From: Chiloscyllium plagiosum | Taxonomy: Eukaryota | DNA: 64,000 nucleotides | Direction: 5' to 3' | Assembly (NCBI RefSeq): GCF_004010195.1 | Contig: NC_057728.1 | Location: forward strand, 52,530,401 to 52,594,400 | Shown here: one piece after another, positions 39,136-52,977 of the stretch | Position numbering within the stretch: position 1 is the first letter of the stretch | Layout of the letters: each line of letters opens with the position of its first letter | Notes under the pieces: generated by a model | The model's database searches: none | The model's input: only the letters and a program-made list of their open reading frames with translations | What the model was told of the DNA's origin: nothing | Program-made: the position numbers and the translations under genes

Positions 39136-41047
39136 TGTAATCTGACATGGAACACCAAAATAGACAAACCTATCACATACTGGCTATTGCTTAAGCCTTT
39201 TGGTAGCAAGTGGGAATGGCCTGTGAGAATTTGGTGAAGCCATTCGTGAGTACGAGAACTTGTCACATGGTTGATGTGAAGAATGGATCCAGGAGGATGA
39301 GCTAATTGAACAACTTCACTCTCTCCAGGGATACAGAGACTAGTTCCTTCCCTTGCTTATAATCATAAACCACTACTGTAGCTACATTAGATGCTGCTAT
39401 TGCCAAAGATCCTTGCTGGTACCTGTTAAATCCACTGCATACTTCTTTTGAGTATCGTTACATCTTGCCATTGGGCTTTTCCACACAGAGCTCCATCATG
39501 AATGTCGTCTGCTCACTGGTGTTGACATCTCTGGATGCCATAATAGGCTGTGCACTATTAATCCTATCTTCAATCATCAGACTACCTATCATTTCCAATC
39601 TGTGCCAAATCTCTCTGGCTTCTGACTCATCAGCAAGTAAAGTCTGACCATGAGTACCACCTCCTTCCTCCATAGCATCAAGGGTGCACATGTGAGAAGT
39701 CTGTGTGTGGGTTAGGACTCAATGTGCGATTTCCTCTGCCATTACCTGAGCTTCCACTGATCTTAGAGGAGCTTCAGTTTTGCTCGTGGTCATTGCCAGT
39801 TTCAACTCCTCCATCATCATTTCATCACAATTAAATGCGTTCCGACCTTGTCCGCCATGACTTGATGTCTGAGCAGTGGAATCTTGCTGACTGCTGCCAA
39901 GATCCAACACAAAAGTTGATCATGGTAGTCCAAAGATCATGAAGCAGGGAATCGTTATTCTACTGACATCAGGTTATGGCAAACAGGAAGGGAAATTAAA
40001 CTTAAACCTGGAAAACATAACTTACACAAAGAATTAAGTCTGTGATTTACATCTGGTTGAGGAAATTCTTTGTCTGATCTTTCTCCCCATGCAGCCTCCT
40101 CCCCCCAAAGACACCCTCTCCTCTATTCGCCCGCTTCATCTGCCCTGTTCATTGCTGTTCCCTACTGTCACCACCTGCTGGAGACCCTGACACACTAGTA
40201 ATGTGTGCAGCTGACTTATTTCTGTCAGTGACATCAAAGCAAAGATTTGCTTAATGTTGTGTACAATAGTATCTGCACTTCATTTGTTATAAATCACCAT
40301 GGGACATCCTTTGGTATAAGTCTATATGATGTAGGACTAGAAGTAGGCCATTTGGCCTACAGAATTTACTCTGCTATCAAATGAGATCATGGCTGATCTG
40401 GTAATCATAAGACCCTAAGAAATGAGAACAAGTTTAGGCCTAATCTGCCATTCAGTAGGATCATGGCTTATCCAACATTCTTCATATTTACTTTCTTGCG
40501 TTTTCCCCGTATCCCTTGATTTCCCTTGAATCTTTTCTGATAATGCCATGAAAAGTGCTATATAAATACAATTATAATGTGAGTTAATTAACACAAGAAC
40601 TAGGAGCAGGAGTAGCCCATCAAGCCTTTGTCTGACATTCAGTATAATCAGGCTGAACCTGGACCTCAACTCCACTTTCCTGCCCCCATCTTGCATCCCC
40701 GATCCCCCAAGGGACTAATGCTCGGTCTGTCTCAACTTTAAAGTATATTTGACAATGCCCCATACCTAACCCTATGGGGTAGAGAATTCCAGAGTTCAGC
40801 GCTATTTGAGTGAAGAAAGCTTTCTTTATCTCAATTCTAAATGATCAGTCCCCATACTTGAAACTGTGCTTCCATATTCTCAATTCCCTGACCAATGGAA
40901 GCAACACCTTTATAACAATCTTGTCATACCACTCCCAGAAGCTTGAGCATGGCACTGATATTTACAGTCATAGAGTGTAACAGCACAAAAACAGACCCTT
41001 TGCTCCAACTTGTCCATACTGACCAGGTTTCCAAACTAGTTTCATTT

Positions 41048-41326
41048 TTAGATTAGATTAATTACAGTGTGGAAACAGGCCCTTCGGCCCAACAAGTCCA
41101 CACCCACCCGCAACCCACCCAGGCCCATTCTCCTACACCTAACACTACGGGCAATTTAGCATGGCCAATTCACCTAACAAGCACATTTTTGGACTATGGG
41201 AGGAAACCCACACAGACAGGGGGAGAATGCACAAACTCCACACAGTCAGTTGCATGATGCGGGAATTGAACCCAGGTCTCTGGTGCTGTGAGGCAGCAAT
41301 GCTAACCACTGTGCCACCGTGCCGCC
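41048..41326 (-). mobile_element. HE1-type SINE
   Basis: Full head (ggcggcacggtggcacagtggttagc on the minus strand) and (taatc) tail. Confidence 0.85.
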
Positions 41327-43098
41327 TATTTGGCCTCTAAATCTTTCCTATTCAGATACCTGTCTAAATATCATTTCTTTGATGCCTCTGGTCTTACTAA
41401 GTTTAGCAGATTTATGAGGGAAGTTTCTAATCATGGTATTACGACATGACAATGTAAAAACAGGTTTTACATTGCGGCCCCACTCTTGTCATTCACTTAA
41501 TTTCATCTTGATTTCATTTGACAAATGTGATCAAAGGGTTTAGGTAGATGTGAGATGAAAGGACTTCTAAAACTAGGAACTTTAAAGAGAATCTAAGTAA
41601 ACATTCATGTGAACAACAAGTCACTCAAAGGTCAATGATTTTATCATTGGCTTTGAATGAATCATCCCTTTTTGGATAATATGCAGCTTGAATCTTTGTT
41701 CCTAATTTCATTGACTCTTATAGAAATGGAAACAAAACAATTTTCATCCAGAAATATACTTATGCATTGTTTCTGAGTAAATATCAAGCCTGTTAATTGT
41801 GCTCATTTCATTGTGCCTGTAAACAATTGCACCTACCCTGAAGTTCTGAGTTAAAAATTAATATAAGGAAGCCAGATTACAGGTCTCTTGCCTGCAGACA
41901 TGGAAGCCCTGGAAGACCAGGTGTTTACAGAATTAGAAAGAAGTGATCAAGAGTGAATCTGGAGTCAGAATCTGACTCAGTCTGTGGAAGGGGCCAGAGG
42001 GAGGTGGAATGGATGGCAAAGGTATGAGGTTTGTGTGATGGAGAGGATGACAATGACCACTGTGTTCATAATGATTGACAGGAAGAGTGTGCGAGTATTC
42101 CCAGATGAAATCCTGGACAAGCAGGTGATCCACATAGAGGGAGTGGAGGAGTTGAGGGAGCTAGGGGTAGAGATGCAATTGCTCTCAACTTTTATGCAGA
42201 GGCTGATCATGTTGCCACAAGGCACTGAGAGGCAGAGAGCCGAGGATAGATCCTGGGACCTTCACAGCAGTGCAGAAGCAGAACATGAAGCCATGGCTGG
42301 AGAAGTTGTGGCTACTAATGTTAATGTTAAGAATTTAAGAATGAAGCCAAGGGCAGTCCCAGTGACTGACAATCAAGGTGGGATGTTGGAAAAGGATTAG
42401 ATGGCAAAAGGTCACAGAAAAGATAAGGATAATGAGGAAGCATCATGTGCTGCAATACAGCTGGAATGTTATTAGCCTGTCAGTGAACTGGAACATAGGA
42501 AGGCTGGCAAAGTGGAAGGTATTGGTGTAGACCATACAATTCTCTACCTACGCCATGAAATTTGCAGTGGTAGAAACATTATCTGATCAGCTGCTCACTG
42601 GGAGCACAAATGAATTATGGTCACAAATGAATTATGTTTAATTGGGGAGAAAGTGATAATGTCACTAGACCTAGTAATCCTGATAAATGCTCTGGTGCCA
42701 GGTTCAAATCCCATTAATGGAGCTGGTGGAATTTGAAAGTATTTAGTTAATTACATTAAATGATTTGATCAGAGCAAGAAAACCTGAAATTAAAACTAGT
42801 GCCACAAAGGTACAATCAATTATTGCAAAAACCTGTCCCCTTTAGGAGAGGAAATGTACTGTTCTTACCTGATTGGCCTCCATGTGGCTCTAGGCCCACA
42901 CCAATGTGATTGGTGTTTCAACTAATCTTTGATTTGGCCTTGCAAACCACTTGGATTGTAGGCAATTAGAGAGGATAAATGAAAGTTGGCTCTGTTAAAG
43001 ACGCTCACACCACATGAAAGAGAATAAAGAAATTCCTGCTTCTATGTTGTTTTGATTTCATGCGTTGTCCCTCAGGACCTGACAGACTATTAATCTAA

Positions 43099-43221
43099 AA
43101 ACCAAAAGAATGCGGATGCAGTAAATCAAAAACAAAAACTGGATCCAAAATGTTAACTCTAATTTCTCTTCACAGATGCTGCCAGACCTACTGAGGTTTT
43201 CCAGCAACTTCTGTTTTTGTT
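43099..43221. mobile_element. Short fold-back PLE terminus
   Basis: Inverted terminal piece followed by gttaactct..cagatgctgccagacc..ttttccagc. TSD actattaatctaa (43086-43098) / actgttaatctaa (43222-43234). Confidence 0.7.
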
Positions 43222-44469
43222 ACTGTTAATCTAAGTTGTCTACTCAATATTTGGTTCTTGAATTTATCACCATTTTACTTTTATTGTTTTTGCATGGTCG
43301 ATGCTCCATAAATATATTATTGTGAAATTTGTAAGTGTAAGTGTAAGACACCAAATTTATGCTCAATGTTATTCTATTATTTGGAAAGTAGATAACATGA
43401 TTGGATATAGTTAAATCATTGTGAGTTCATTTTGGTATTGCTTGTGAAGGGTTATTGTCAATTAGGCATATTTTTCTTACAGTTGAAATCAATTTACATT
43501 TGTCTAGATTTTCCTGTCTCTTCAGAACTCCCTCAAGAGATTAATGTGCCTTAATGCTTAATGGAGTTGGTAGAAAGTGGTTTCAACGTTAGTCTAAGTG
43601 TTGCCTCACTGATAAAGCAGATTTGTATTCTTGCAATATTCATCTATTGTTTGGAGTTACAAAAACACAGTATGATCTTACCAAATTAAAGCTTTTAAAC
43701 AAAACTTCCTTGTCAACTGAAATTGTGGGATTGTGCTATTTTTCACAAATTAATACTTTTGACTTGATTACTTGAGTGAGGAATTAAATTATATTCTGTT
43801 TGAGTAAGGTTTGTTGTAAATATTTTCTGTAAAGTAGAAGACTATATACCTTAGGTTAGAAGCAGGCTCCGGAGTTTATGGTTTTATGGTTATTTTATGG
43901 CTTGATCTAATGTAAAATGTGAGAATGGTTTGAGGCAAAAGGCTTTTATTCAAGTACATAGCTAGGTTTTAAAATAGTTTAATTTTGTAACTTAAAATAT
44001 GTAACATGCCAATATCAGTGTGTATGGTGTTTGGAAATAACTTCCGTGAATTTGCTTTAGATATCAACAGTTGTAGTGGAGTGACACATTGTTCTTTTAG
44101 ATAAAGGTTATTGATGGGTTTTGTAGATTCTTTTGATGCATCATTGAGGTAATTGGGATGGTTGTTAATCATTTTTACCTGTCACCACATACTCTAAGAA
44201 GATGCTGAAATTGTCCATTGGCACCTCCTTAACCTGGTAAAGATCTATGGAGTTGATGAGCCATGAGAGACAAGCTGTCTTACAAGGGATGATCTAACCA
44301 ATCCAAGATCGAGCATGAACTAATAAGCCAATCAGAATTCAGGGTTGCTCTGACATAGTACAGTGGGTAATAGCTAACAAAGAGTTATAATTGGCAGGAG
44401 AACTTCAGTCAATGGAAGAATAAAAGAGCTCTGTGCTTCTGTCGCTATCTTTCATTCCAATGTGGATCA

Positions 44470-44820
44470 AAGAAGTTTATAAAATGGATAGGCTAAATAG
44501 TCAAGGTCTTTTCACCAGGGTAGGGGAGTCTAAGGCTAGACAGCATAGGTTTAAGGAGAGAGGGGAAAGATATAAGAGACATCTAAAGGGCAACATTTTC
44601 ATGCAGAGGGCGGTGTGTGTACGGAATGAAGACAGAGGAAGTGGTGGGTGTTGGTACAATTGCAACATTTAAAAGACATCTGGATGGCTATGTGAATAAA
44701 AGGGTTTAGAGGAATAGGGACCAAATGCTGGACTAGATTAAATTAGGATAATTGGCCAGTATGGATGAATTGGAATGAAGGGTCTGTTTCCGTACTATAC
44801 ATGTGTATGATTCTATGACT
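44470..44820 (+). mobile_element. CR1 3' end
   Basis: EVYKMDRLNSQGLFTRVGESKARQHRFK and a tatgattctatgac tail. Confidence 0.88.
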
Positions 44821-46884
44821 TTTTAACTGAAAAACCACCACCTTTTTAATTATGTATTTTATATTTGTTATAATGTGCTTAATGTATTTTGTAAATCTGT
44901 GGAAATGTATTTGTATCCGAATGGATCTTGTAACTACTCAGGAGTAATAAACTTTACGATTAGTTTATAATTGTATTTGAATAAAGTTTTGTATTCAGAA
45001 TAGAAGTGAAACCCAGAACCATAAAAAATCTTTTACATTCACCTGAATTGGCAGAGAGGGTCTTTGTTTAATGTTTTATCCTAATATTATGTTCCCAACG
45101 GAACAGTTTTCTTGTGACCTTGTACCGAAATACAGTCAGGCTGAAATATAGATCATGAACTTGAATCCTGCTGTTCACCTGGACCTTTCATGATTCAGAT
45201 ATGTGACTGCTTCTAACTGAGCCAAATGGATGATGATACTTAATGCAATGATAGGAACAAAAAATTATACTTACTGTGCAGCTGATTTCTGGTATAAGTT
45301 ATCTAGCAAAAATCCAACAATGTTGAAAACTGTTTGCCTTCTGAACTTCTGTAAACTAAACTTTCAGTGTATTAGTCCCATGTGTTATACAGATCATTAA
45401 ATATTTTGCACGTATACAATGAGGATCAAAGAACTTATAAACAATTTTAACCAATCTCTGGCCAGTAGCCCATTATGGCTATTAATGCAACATGTACATA
45501 TGCTACTGATCCAGTCACTAATGAGATTCATCAGTAGGCTTTATAAACATTAGACTGTAGAATATTTGATTATGACTTGACAAATGGAAATTTCATTGCA
45601 CAAAGCACACAATGATTCCAGATTGAATTTTTAAAAATGTATTCATTTTGTGGGATGTGATTGTCCCTAATGGTTGACTCTCAACTGCCCTCTGGGCAAT
45701 TAAGGATGGGTAATAAAAGCTGGCCCAGCCAGCAATGCACACAGCCTGTGGATGATTTTAAAAATCCTTGCTGTAGCTGGATCCATTTTCATAGTTCCAA
45801 TGAACCTGTGTGGGGAATATCAGAAAATAACCAGGCCCTTAGTAATGTGAACAGTCAGCATTCACGTCACACACAAAGTTTAGTACAATCCTCCATCTAG
45901 TTGGAGATGGTCTCTTGGCGGGGGGGGGGGGGGGTCCACCACATGGACCTTTGACGTAGAGACCTTATTGTGATGTATACAGCATAAACCAAACCACTCA
46001 AACACAGTAGGAGATTGTGAGTGCTGTAGGATTACTGATAGCTTGTCCACACGTCACCATGAAAGGCAGCCTTACATGTAAGAGTATGTTCTCAAATATT
46101 GACAGTTCAAGGTAAAAGGCTATCAGCTCCGTGTACTTAAGCAGCTCCGAGACCTGAGATTGTGCTTGGGAATTGTCGCTGGCTGGTGTAACATTCATGG
46201 TGATCATTTCAATTTCCCAGAGATGATTATGATCAAAGTCTAATGACCAATGACATAGTGAAGATTACGTTTGTATCGCACAGAGTTGGACCCTGCAACA
46301 TTTCCAGTGCAGAGTGCTCGTATTAGAGAGATCCTCACCCCACCCCTTCAAAGGGGCCTTACTTCTCTTATAAGTACTCAGACACAATAAAACCCACTTG
46401 AGCCAGCCACCCTGGGACCATTTTCCATTTCCCGGATGTAGTTCAGATTTACGTGAGAATGAAAGACTATGATGGTCGGGAGAGTGAATCACAGGCTCAG
46501 CCTACTAATCAAGGGGCATCTTTGAACCTTAGTGTTCCTCTCTGTCTTGTGCTGATGCCGAGTCTTCAGGACTGAGTTTCCACTCATCTTCTCACAGCTC
46601 CTTCAATTATGATTGCATCTCCCAACATCAGCGTGACCCCTCTACATCCCAGCATGCTGCCTCCAAACCTCCCAGTTAATCTCTCCAAATTCCTGAGCAC
46701 AGCAGTAGCTACTCGAGGAAGGTCAGTAAACTTATTTAGAAATGGATAGAACATATGAGCAACAGGAGCCTATTCTGCAATTCAATTAATCTGCAAGTTT
46801 GTTCTTGAGTTTCTTTTGTTCAGTAAGTTCATGGTGGGCAGGCAGGAAGGAGGTGGTGAGATCTCAGTCACAGTCTTATTGAAA

Positions 46885-47802
46885 GCCTCACCTACCACCC
46901 CACCAGTCTCTGCATCCAATGTGTCATCCTCAAATACTTCTGCCAACTCCAACTTGACCCCATCATCAAGCACATCTCCCCTTCCCCACCCCTCTCTGCC
47001 TTCTGCAAGGACCGTTCCCTTCAACAGTCCTTGGTTTGTGACTCGCTCCCCACTGATCACCCCCTCCCAAACCCCGAACCCCTGGTACCTCCATTTGCAA
47101 GCGGAAAAAATGTAAAACCTGCCGGTACACCTCTCCCTCCACCTCCATCCAAGGCCCCAAACTGTCCTTCCAGGAGAGACAGAGGTTCACCTGCCTCTCT
47201 TCCGTACTAGTTTACTGCATCAAATGCTCCCGATTTGATCGTCTCTTTATTGGGGAAACCGTACGTAAACTTAGAGAATGACTCACTGAATATCGCAGCC
47301 AGGTCTGCAAGGGCTGACCGGACCTTCCAGTCACCGGCCATTTCAATTCTCGCAACCACTTTCTTTCTAACATGACCACCCTTGGCCTCTTCCTTTGCCA
47401 AAAGAAACATTGCGCAAATTGGAGGAACAACACCTCATTTTTCGCCTGAGCAGCTGACAACACAAAGGACCCAACATTGAGTTCTCCAATTTCAAATAAC
47501 CTCCCTTCCCATCCCCGGACTCCCTTCCCAGACCGTCCCCATCCCTTCCACTCCTCTCTCTTCCAACCAGATACATTCCTCCTATTGACCAACCAGGTCT
47601 TACTCTCTACCTGTCTTCAACTATCCCACTTCACCAGCCTGCTCCCGCCACCCCCTTTATCTGCAGCTCTCTCTCTCTCCCCCTCCGCTCTCAGTGCCCT
47701 GCTCCCCCACTCCCCTGCTCTCAGTGCCCCTCCCCTCCACTCCCCTGCTCTCGGATGCTGTCTGTCCTGCTGTGCTTTTCCAGCGCCACACTTTTCGATT
47801 CT
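46885..47802 (+). mobile_element. PLE (family A-like) 3' fragment with GIY-YIG endonuclease remnant
   Basis: Translates as KCKTCRYT..FTCLSSVLVYCIKCSRFDRLFIGETVRKLRE*..LPVTGHFN..KLEEQHLIFRL, then a C-rich tract and the ctcggatgctg..ttttccagc terminus. Confidence 0.85.
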
Positions 47803-47823
47803 GTAAAATATGGTTAGTAAGTT

Positions 47824-49179
47824 GGCGATTTTTGAGACGATTTGTAGCTCAGGTTGAGGTTCTGGTTGTAGATTTGATCACTGAGCTGCAAGGTTCATTT
47901 TCAGATGTTTTGTCACCCTACGAGGTAGCATCATCAGTGAGCCTTTGGATGAAGCCCTGCTGGCATGGCCCACTTTCTGTTTATGTGTTTAGGTTTCCTT
48001 GGGTTGGTGATGTCATTTCCTGTGGTGATGTCATTTCTTGTTCTTTTCTCGGGGGTGGTACATGAGATCCAAGTCAATGTGTTTGTTGATAGATCTCCTG
48101 TTGGAATGCCATGCTTCTAGGAGTTCTTGTGCATGTCTCTGTTTGGCTTGTCCTAGGATGGATGTACTGTCCCAGTTCAAGTGGTGTCCTTCCTCATCCA
48201 TATATAAGGATACGAGTGCGTCATGTCCTTTTGTGGCTAGTTGATGTTCATTTCTCCTGGTGGCTAGTTTTCTGCCTGTTTGTCCAATGTAGTGTTTGTT
48301 ACAGTTCTTGCAAGGTATTTTGCAAATGACATTAGTTTTGCTTGTTGTCTGTATAGGGTCTTTCAAGTTCATTAGCTGCTGTTTTAGTGTGTTGTAGTGA
48401 TGCCATGAGGTCTGAGTAGTCTGGCAGTCATTTCTGAGATGTATTTGATGTAGTGGACAATGGCTAGGGTTTCTGGACATGTTTTGTCTGCTTGTTAGGT
48501 TTGTTGCTGAGAAATCAGTGGACTGTGTTCATTGGGTACCACCACACACTGCAGCACAGAGGACACACGCAGAGCAGAGGAAAATGACCTACACAGTGTA
48601 TTCAAAAAGAATGGGTACCCAATGAACTCTTGGCATCATGGTAATGCACTAAAACAGCTGCTAATGAACTTGAAAGATCCTATACAGATAACAAACAAAA
48701 CTAATGTCACTTACAAAATACCTTGCAAGAACTGTAACAAACACTATATTGGACAATAGGGCAGAAAACTAGCCACCAGGATACATGAACGTCAACTAGC
48801 TACAAAAATACATAACTCACTCTCACTAGTATCCTTACATATAGATGGCGAAGGACACTACTTTGACTGGGACAACACATCCATCCTAGGACAAGCCAAA
48901 CAGAGACACCCACGAGAATTCCTAGAAGCATGGTATTCCAACCAGAACTCTGTCAACAAACACCTTGACTTGGATCCCATTTACTACCTCCTGAGAAAAA
49001 AAAGGAAATTATGTCAGCATAAGAAATGACATCACCAACTCAAGGAAACCTAAACACATAACAGAAAGTGGGCCATGCCAGCAGGGCTTCATCCAAAGGC
49101 TCACTGATTATGTTACCGAGTATGTTGATGAAGCGTCTGTAAATGGACCTTCCAGCACAGCGAGCAAATCTACATCCAA
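47824..49179. mobile_element. PLE family B, large fold-back copy (two opposed GIY-YIG 3' halves)
   Basis: The minus arm 47824-48540 and the plus arm 48541-49179 both encode NVxxKIPCKNCNKHYIGQ. 12-bp TSD ggttagtaagtt at 47812-47823 and 49180-49191, at the start of a CR1 VSKFxxDTK fragment. Confidence 0.92.
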
Positions 49180-49374
49180 GGTTAGTAAGTTTGTAAATGA
49201 CACCAAAATTGGTGGTATCGTGGACAGTGAAGAAGGTTATCTAAGATTACAAAGTGAACCTGATTAATTGGGCCAATTGTAGTTGGTGCAATTTAGTTTG
49301 AATAAATGTGAGGTAACATTTTGGTAAGACGAACAAGAGCAGAACCTATACAGTTATCCATGCTTCAGGCTCAC

Positions 49375-49510
49375 TGCCTTTATTCCTGATGAAGGGCTTT
49401 TGCCCGAAACGTCGATTTCGAAGCTCCTTGGATGCTGCCTGAACTGCTGTGCTCTTCCAGCACCACTAATCCAGAATCTGGTTTCCAGCATCTGCAGTCA
49501 TTGTTTTTAC
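49375..49510 (+). mobile_element. Solo PLE terminal repeat
   Basis: cctttattcctgatgaagggcttttgcccgaaacgtcg..ccagcatctgcagtcattgtttttac. Confidence 0.8.
49386..49413 (+). ncRNA. Minimal type-I hammerhead ribozyme motif (best-conserved copy)
   Basis: CTGATGA-A-GGGC-TTTT-GCCC-GAAA-CG-TC: intact core, 4-bp stem II, palindromic ACGT stem III and a GUC cleavage triplet. Stem I is only ~2 bp. Activity is not demonstrated. Confidence 0.65.
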
Positions 49511-50131
49511 TCAGTTCTCCTGTTTGCCAACCTGCTGTCCCACGTTCCTGCTCTAGGGCATATCCTGTGCACTCGCTGATCATCTCTCGTTTCTGCACTT
49601 GGCTTCCTTCTCCCCTGTTTGTTGTCCCTCTGTCCCGCTCACCATACTGTTGGGCCCACCCCCATTCTCAGCTCTTCTCTGTTACTCACCAGTTGACTTG
49701 GTGCCTCACTCTCCCATTCAATCCCTCTCTCGCCAAATCCCACGTTACCAATCTGGTGACCTGCTCCTGCCCCCTCACTGCATCCTTCCTACTTGCTGCC
49801 AGGCTTCCTTGCTCATGGGATCATTGAGGGGTCGAGACTGTGATCAGACAAGTGTTGGGAATGAGGCAGTGAGTTACGTGTGATCCCAGGATTTGAATTC
49901 ATTTAAAACATTTGGAAAGCCCTCCTTTTATTGCCCCTATTCTTCAATGCAGTGACCTTGCTATGATGCCACAGGGACTGTGATTAAGTGAGCAGTAAGT
50001 GTGCCCCCAGAGGCTCTGGTGGCAGTAAATACAGCCTTTGCTTTCCATCAGAACTGACCTCTACTCTGCTATTTACACCTATTCGAACTATATCATTTCT
50101 CTACATTCATTACCTTTGCTTTTTGTTCTAT

Positions 50132-50322
50132 GTCGAATGGTGTGGTGCTGGAAAAGCACAGCTGGTCAGGCAGCATCTGAAGAGCAGGAGAGTCAATGTT
50201 TCGAGCATAAACTCTTCATCAGGAACATCGACTCTCCTGCTCCTCAGATGTTGCCTGAACGGCTGTGCTTTTCCAACACCACACTTTTCGACTCTGATCT
50301 CCAGCATCTACAGTCCTCACCT
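50132..50322. mobile_element. Palindromic PLE family A mini-element
   Basis: gtggtgctggaaaagcacagc..gagcaggagagtc / gactctcctgctc..gctgtgcttttccaacaccac inverted arms. Confidence 0.8.
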
Positions 50323-50337
50323 TTTTGTTTTTTTTAG

Positions 50338-50564
50338 CTTAGATTAGATTCCCTGCAGTGTGGAAACAGGCCCTTTGGCCCAACAAGTCCACACCGACCC
50401 TCCGAAGAGTAACCCACCCAAACCCATTTTCTTCTGACTAATGCGCGTAACACTATGGGCAATTTAGCGTGGCCAATTCACCTGATCTGCACATCTTTGG
50501 AATGTGGGAGGAAACCAGAGCACCCGGAGGAAACCCACGCAAACACGGGGAGAATGTGCAAACT
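50338..50564 (-). mobile_element. 5'-truncated HE1 SINE
   Basis: Tail and V-domain present, tRNA head missing. Confidence 0.85.
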
Positions 50565-51581
50565 CGTTCTGTGAGCTTACATAGAATTAATCAACTCGAC
50601 GGCCAAAAGCAGAATTAACAAATGTCTTATTCCCTCGAATGGGCAATGAACTGTGGAATGCTGAAGATGTGGGCAGTTTCTGAGCAGGTCAGGACTGGGC
50701 CTCCCAGGTTGCACCTGGACTATGATGTTCACCAGCGAGAGAAGAGATCCAGGGAACATTTCTCCCATCAGTGCTTGGAATAGAGAGCTGGCAGTTGTCA
50801 ACATCCTGATGAGGGTAAATACTCAACTCAACATAGTACAGCGCTGGCACATTGGGCCGATTGGCCTCATTTTGTCCCATCACTGTTCTGTGGTTCTAAG
50901 TGTTGTGAAGACATCAATCACATGAATTGAAATAGAGCTGCTAAATGGATCAGTGACCACTGGCCTGAGCTAGTGACAGTTGCTAGTCAGTTAGCTCAGC
51001 TGGCTGGCAACTGGTTTGCGATACAGAGTGAGGCCAACAGGATAGGTTCAATTCCCACACTGGCTGATATTACCATGAAGACCTCTTCTTCTTAACCTTA
51101 TCCTTGCCTTGAGATGTAGTAACCTTCAGATTAAAGCATTACCAGTTGTGTATCTATGAAAGTGCGGGCCAATGGATACTTGATATTAAATTTCTCGTCC
51201 AAAAGTAAGAAATATGACAGAAGTAAGCCATTGGTCCATTAAGCCTGAACACTGTTATTATGGGCAAGACTTCAACTCCACTTTCCCATTAAGTGTCCAG
51301 ATCCCTTGAGACCAAAAATATATTCCAAGCTTAAACATATCCAACGATGGAGCATCCAGAATCCTCTGAGATAGAGAATTCCAAAGATTCACAAACTTAT
51401 AAGCAAAGGAGTGTCCGTTTTCCCCTTGTCTGAAGCGATCCCCTTATCTTGGTAGGGGCAACAATCCATCAGTGTCTACCCTCTCAAGCACCATAAGATT
51501 CTTGTTTGTCTTAATGGGATCATCTTTCATTCAACCAACCTCCAGTCAGTATGGGTCACCTTTACTCAGCCTCTCTTAGAA

Positions 51582-51880
51582 TTCCTACTATGTGGGAACA
51601 GGCCCTTCAGCCCACCAAGTCCACTCCAACCAACATCCCACCCAGACCCACACTCCTACCCTCTTCCACCTAGCCTGCACATCTCCAGATGATTTAGCAT
51701 GGCCAGTCCACCCTGATCTGCGTATATTTGGACTGTGGGAGGAAACCAGAGCACCCGGAGGAAACGCACACAGACACGGGGAGAATGTGCAAACTCCACA
51801 CAGATAGTTGCCCAAGAGTGGAATTGAACCTGTATCCCTGGTGCTGCAAGACAGCAGTACTAACCACTGAACCACCTCTC
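51582..51880 (-). mobile_element. HE1-related SINE
   Basis: Consensus match to the other copies in this window. Confidence 0.8.
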
Positions 51881-52977
51881 GCAGCTTCATTATAGAACAA
51901 GATCTCTCATGCAAGTAATTTGTTCCTTGAAAGGGATCACCATGAAATGAGACTGTGGCTGATTGTGGGGAGATACATATGTGATCCACCTCTGACTAGT
52001 GGGATGTAATATTTGCAATGTTACACTAATATGCTGTGGTTTCCAGATGTTTCCTTCAATGGTCACAGGCAATGTCATTGAGATTTTTCCTGGAAAGTCT
52101 TGCCCCTCATGGCTATTGAAGAGTACAGATTAAACTGAGGAGCAGACTTCATGCAGAAATTGCTACAAACTGTAGGTCTTTATAAACATTTTCTGGTCAA
52201 TTCTCACACCATGTATCTTCAGTAGTCAATGGGAAAAGTGTCTGCTCTGTTTTAAGTTGGAAGACCAATCTACTGCCTGGGCCCATTGTCACTTGCATCA
52301 ATTGACTTGGTGAGAAAATGAAAGAAGGATCTTGCATTTATATAGCACCTTCCATAACCTCAGGGTGTTCCAAAGACCTTTCAAAGTGCAGTCACTGTCT
52401 TAAGGTAGGAAAAAAACCCTGGTAACACAGCAAGATCCCAAAACAGCACTATATTGATGATGAAGAGAGTGATGTCAACTGGAGTGTAAATGTTGACAAA
52501 GACACCAGGTGCACTCTCCTGCTTCCTGTTGCCATAGGCCCAGGGACCTTCTACTGCTGACTGAGGGGGGCATTCAGTGTTTAACATTTCAGGTCATAAA
52601 CACTTATTCCCCCCAAAAACGCTCCCCCAAAAAGGCAGCACTCCCTCAGTACAGCCTTGGGAGTGTCAATCTGTGTTCAGGTCTCTGGAGAGTTAAACCC
52701 GTACAAGTATGATTCAAAGGCAACAGTGTGACCCACTGCGCCATGGTCTGTCCACTTTTATCAGCTAATTGGCCTTTTGAGAGGGTGCGTTGTCCATAGA
52801 AATAGATTGAAATTTATTGTTGCTTGTATCTGTGAAAATACAGCAAAACATGTATAAGTCACCACAAAAACAGCAGCACTTAATTACATAAATTACATAT
52901 ATAAAAATGAGACAAAATTCAGACAAATATCACTCTTTTGTTCATTCCATGGTCTCTTGGTTTCATGATCCAGCCAC

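Noticed and set aside
41984..42400. 138-aa + strand ORF
   Set aside because: Purine-rich, with no recognisable domain; probably the antisense strand of a decayed L2-type LINE.
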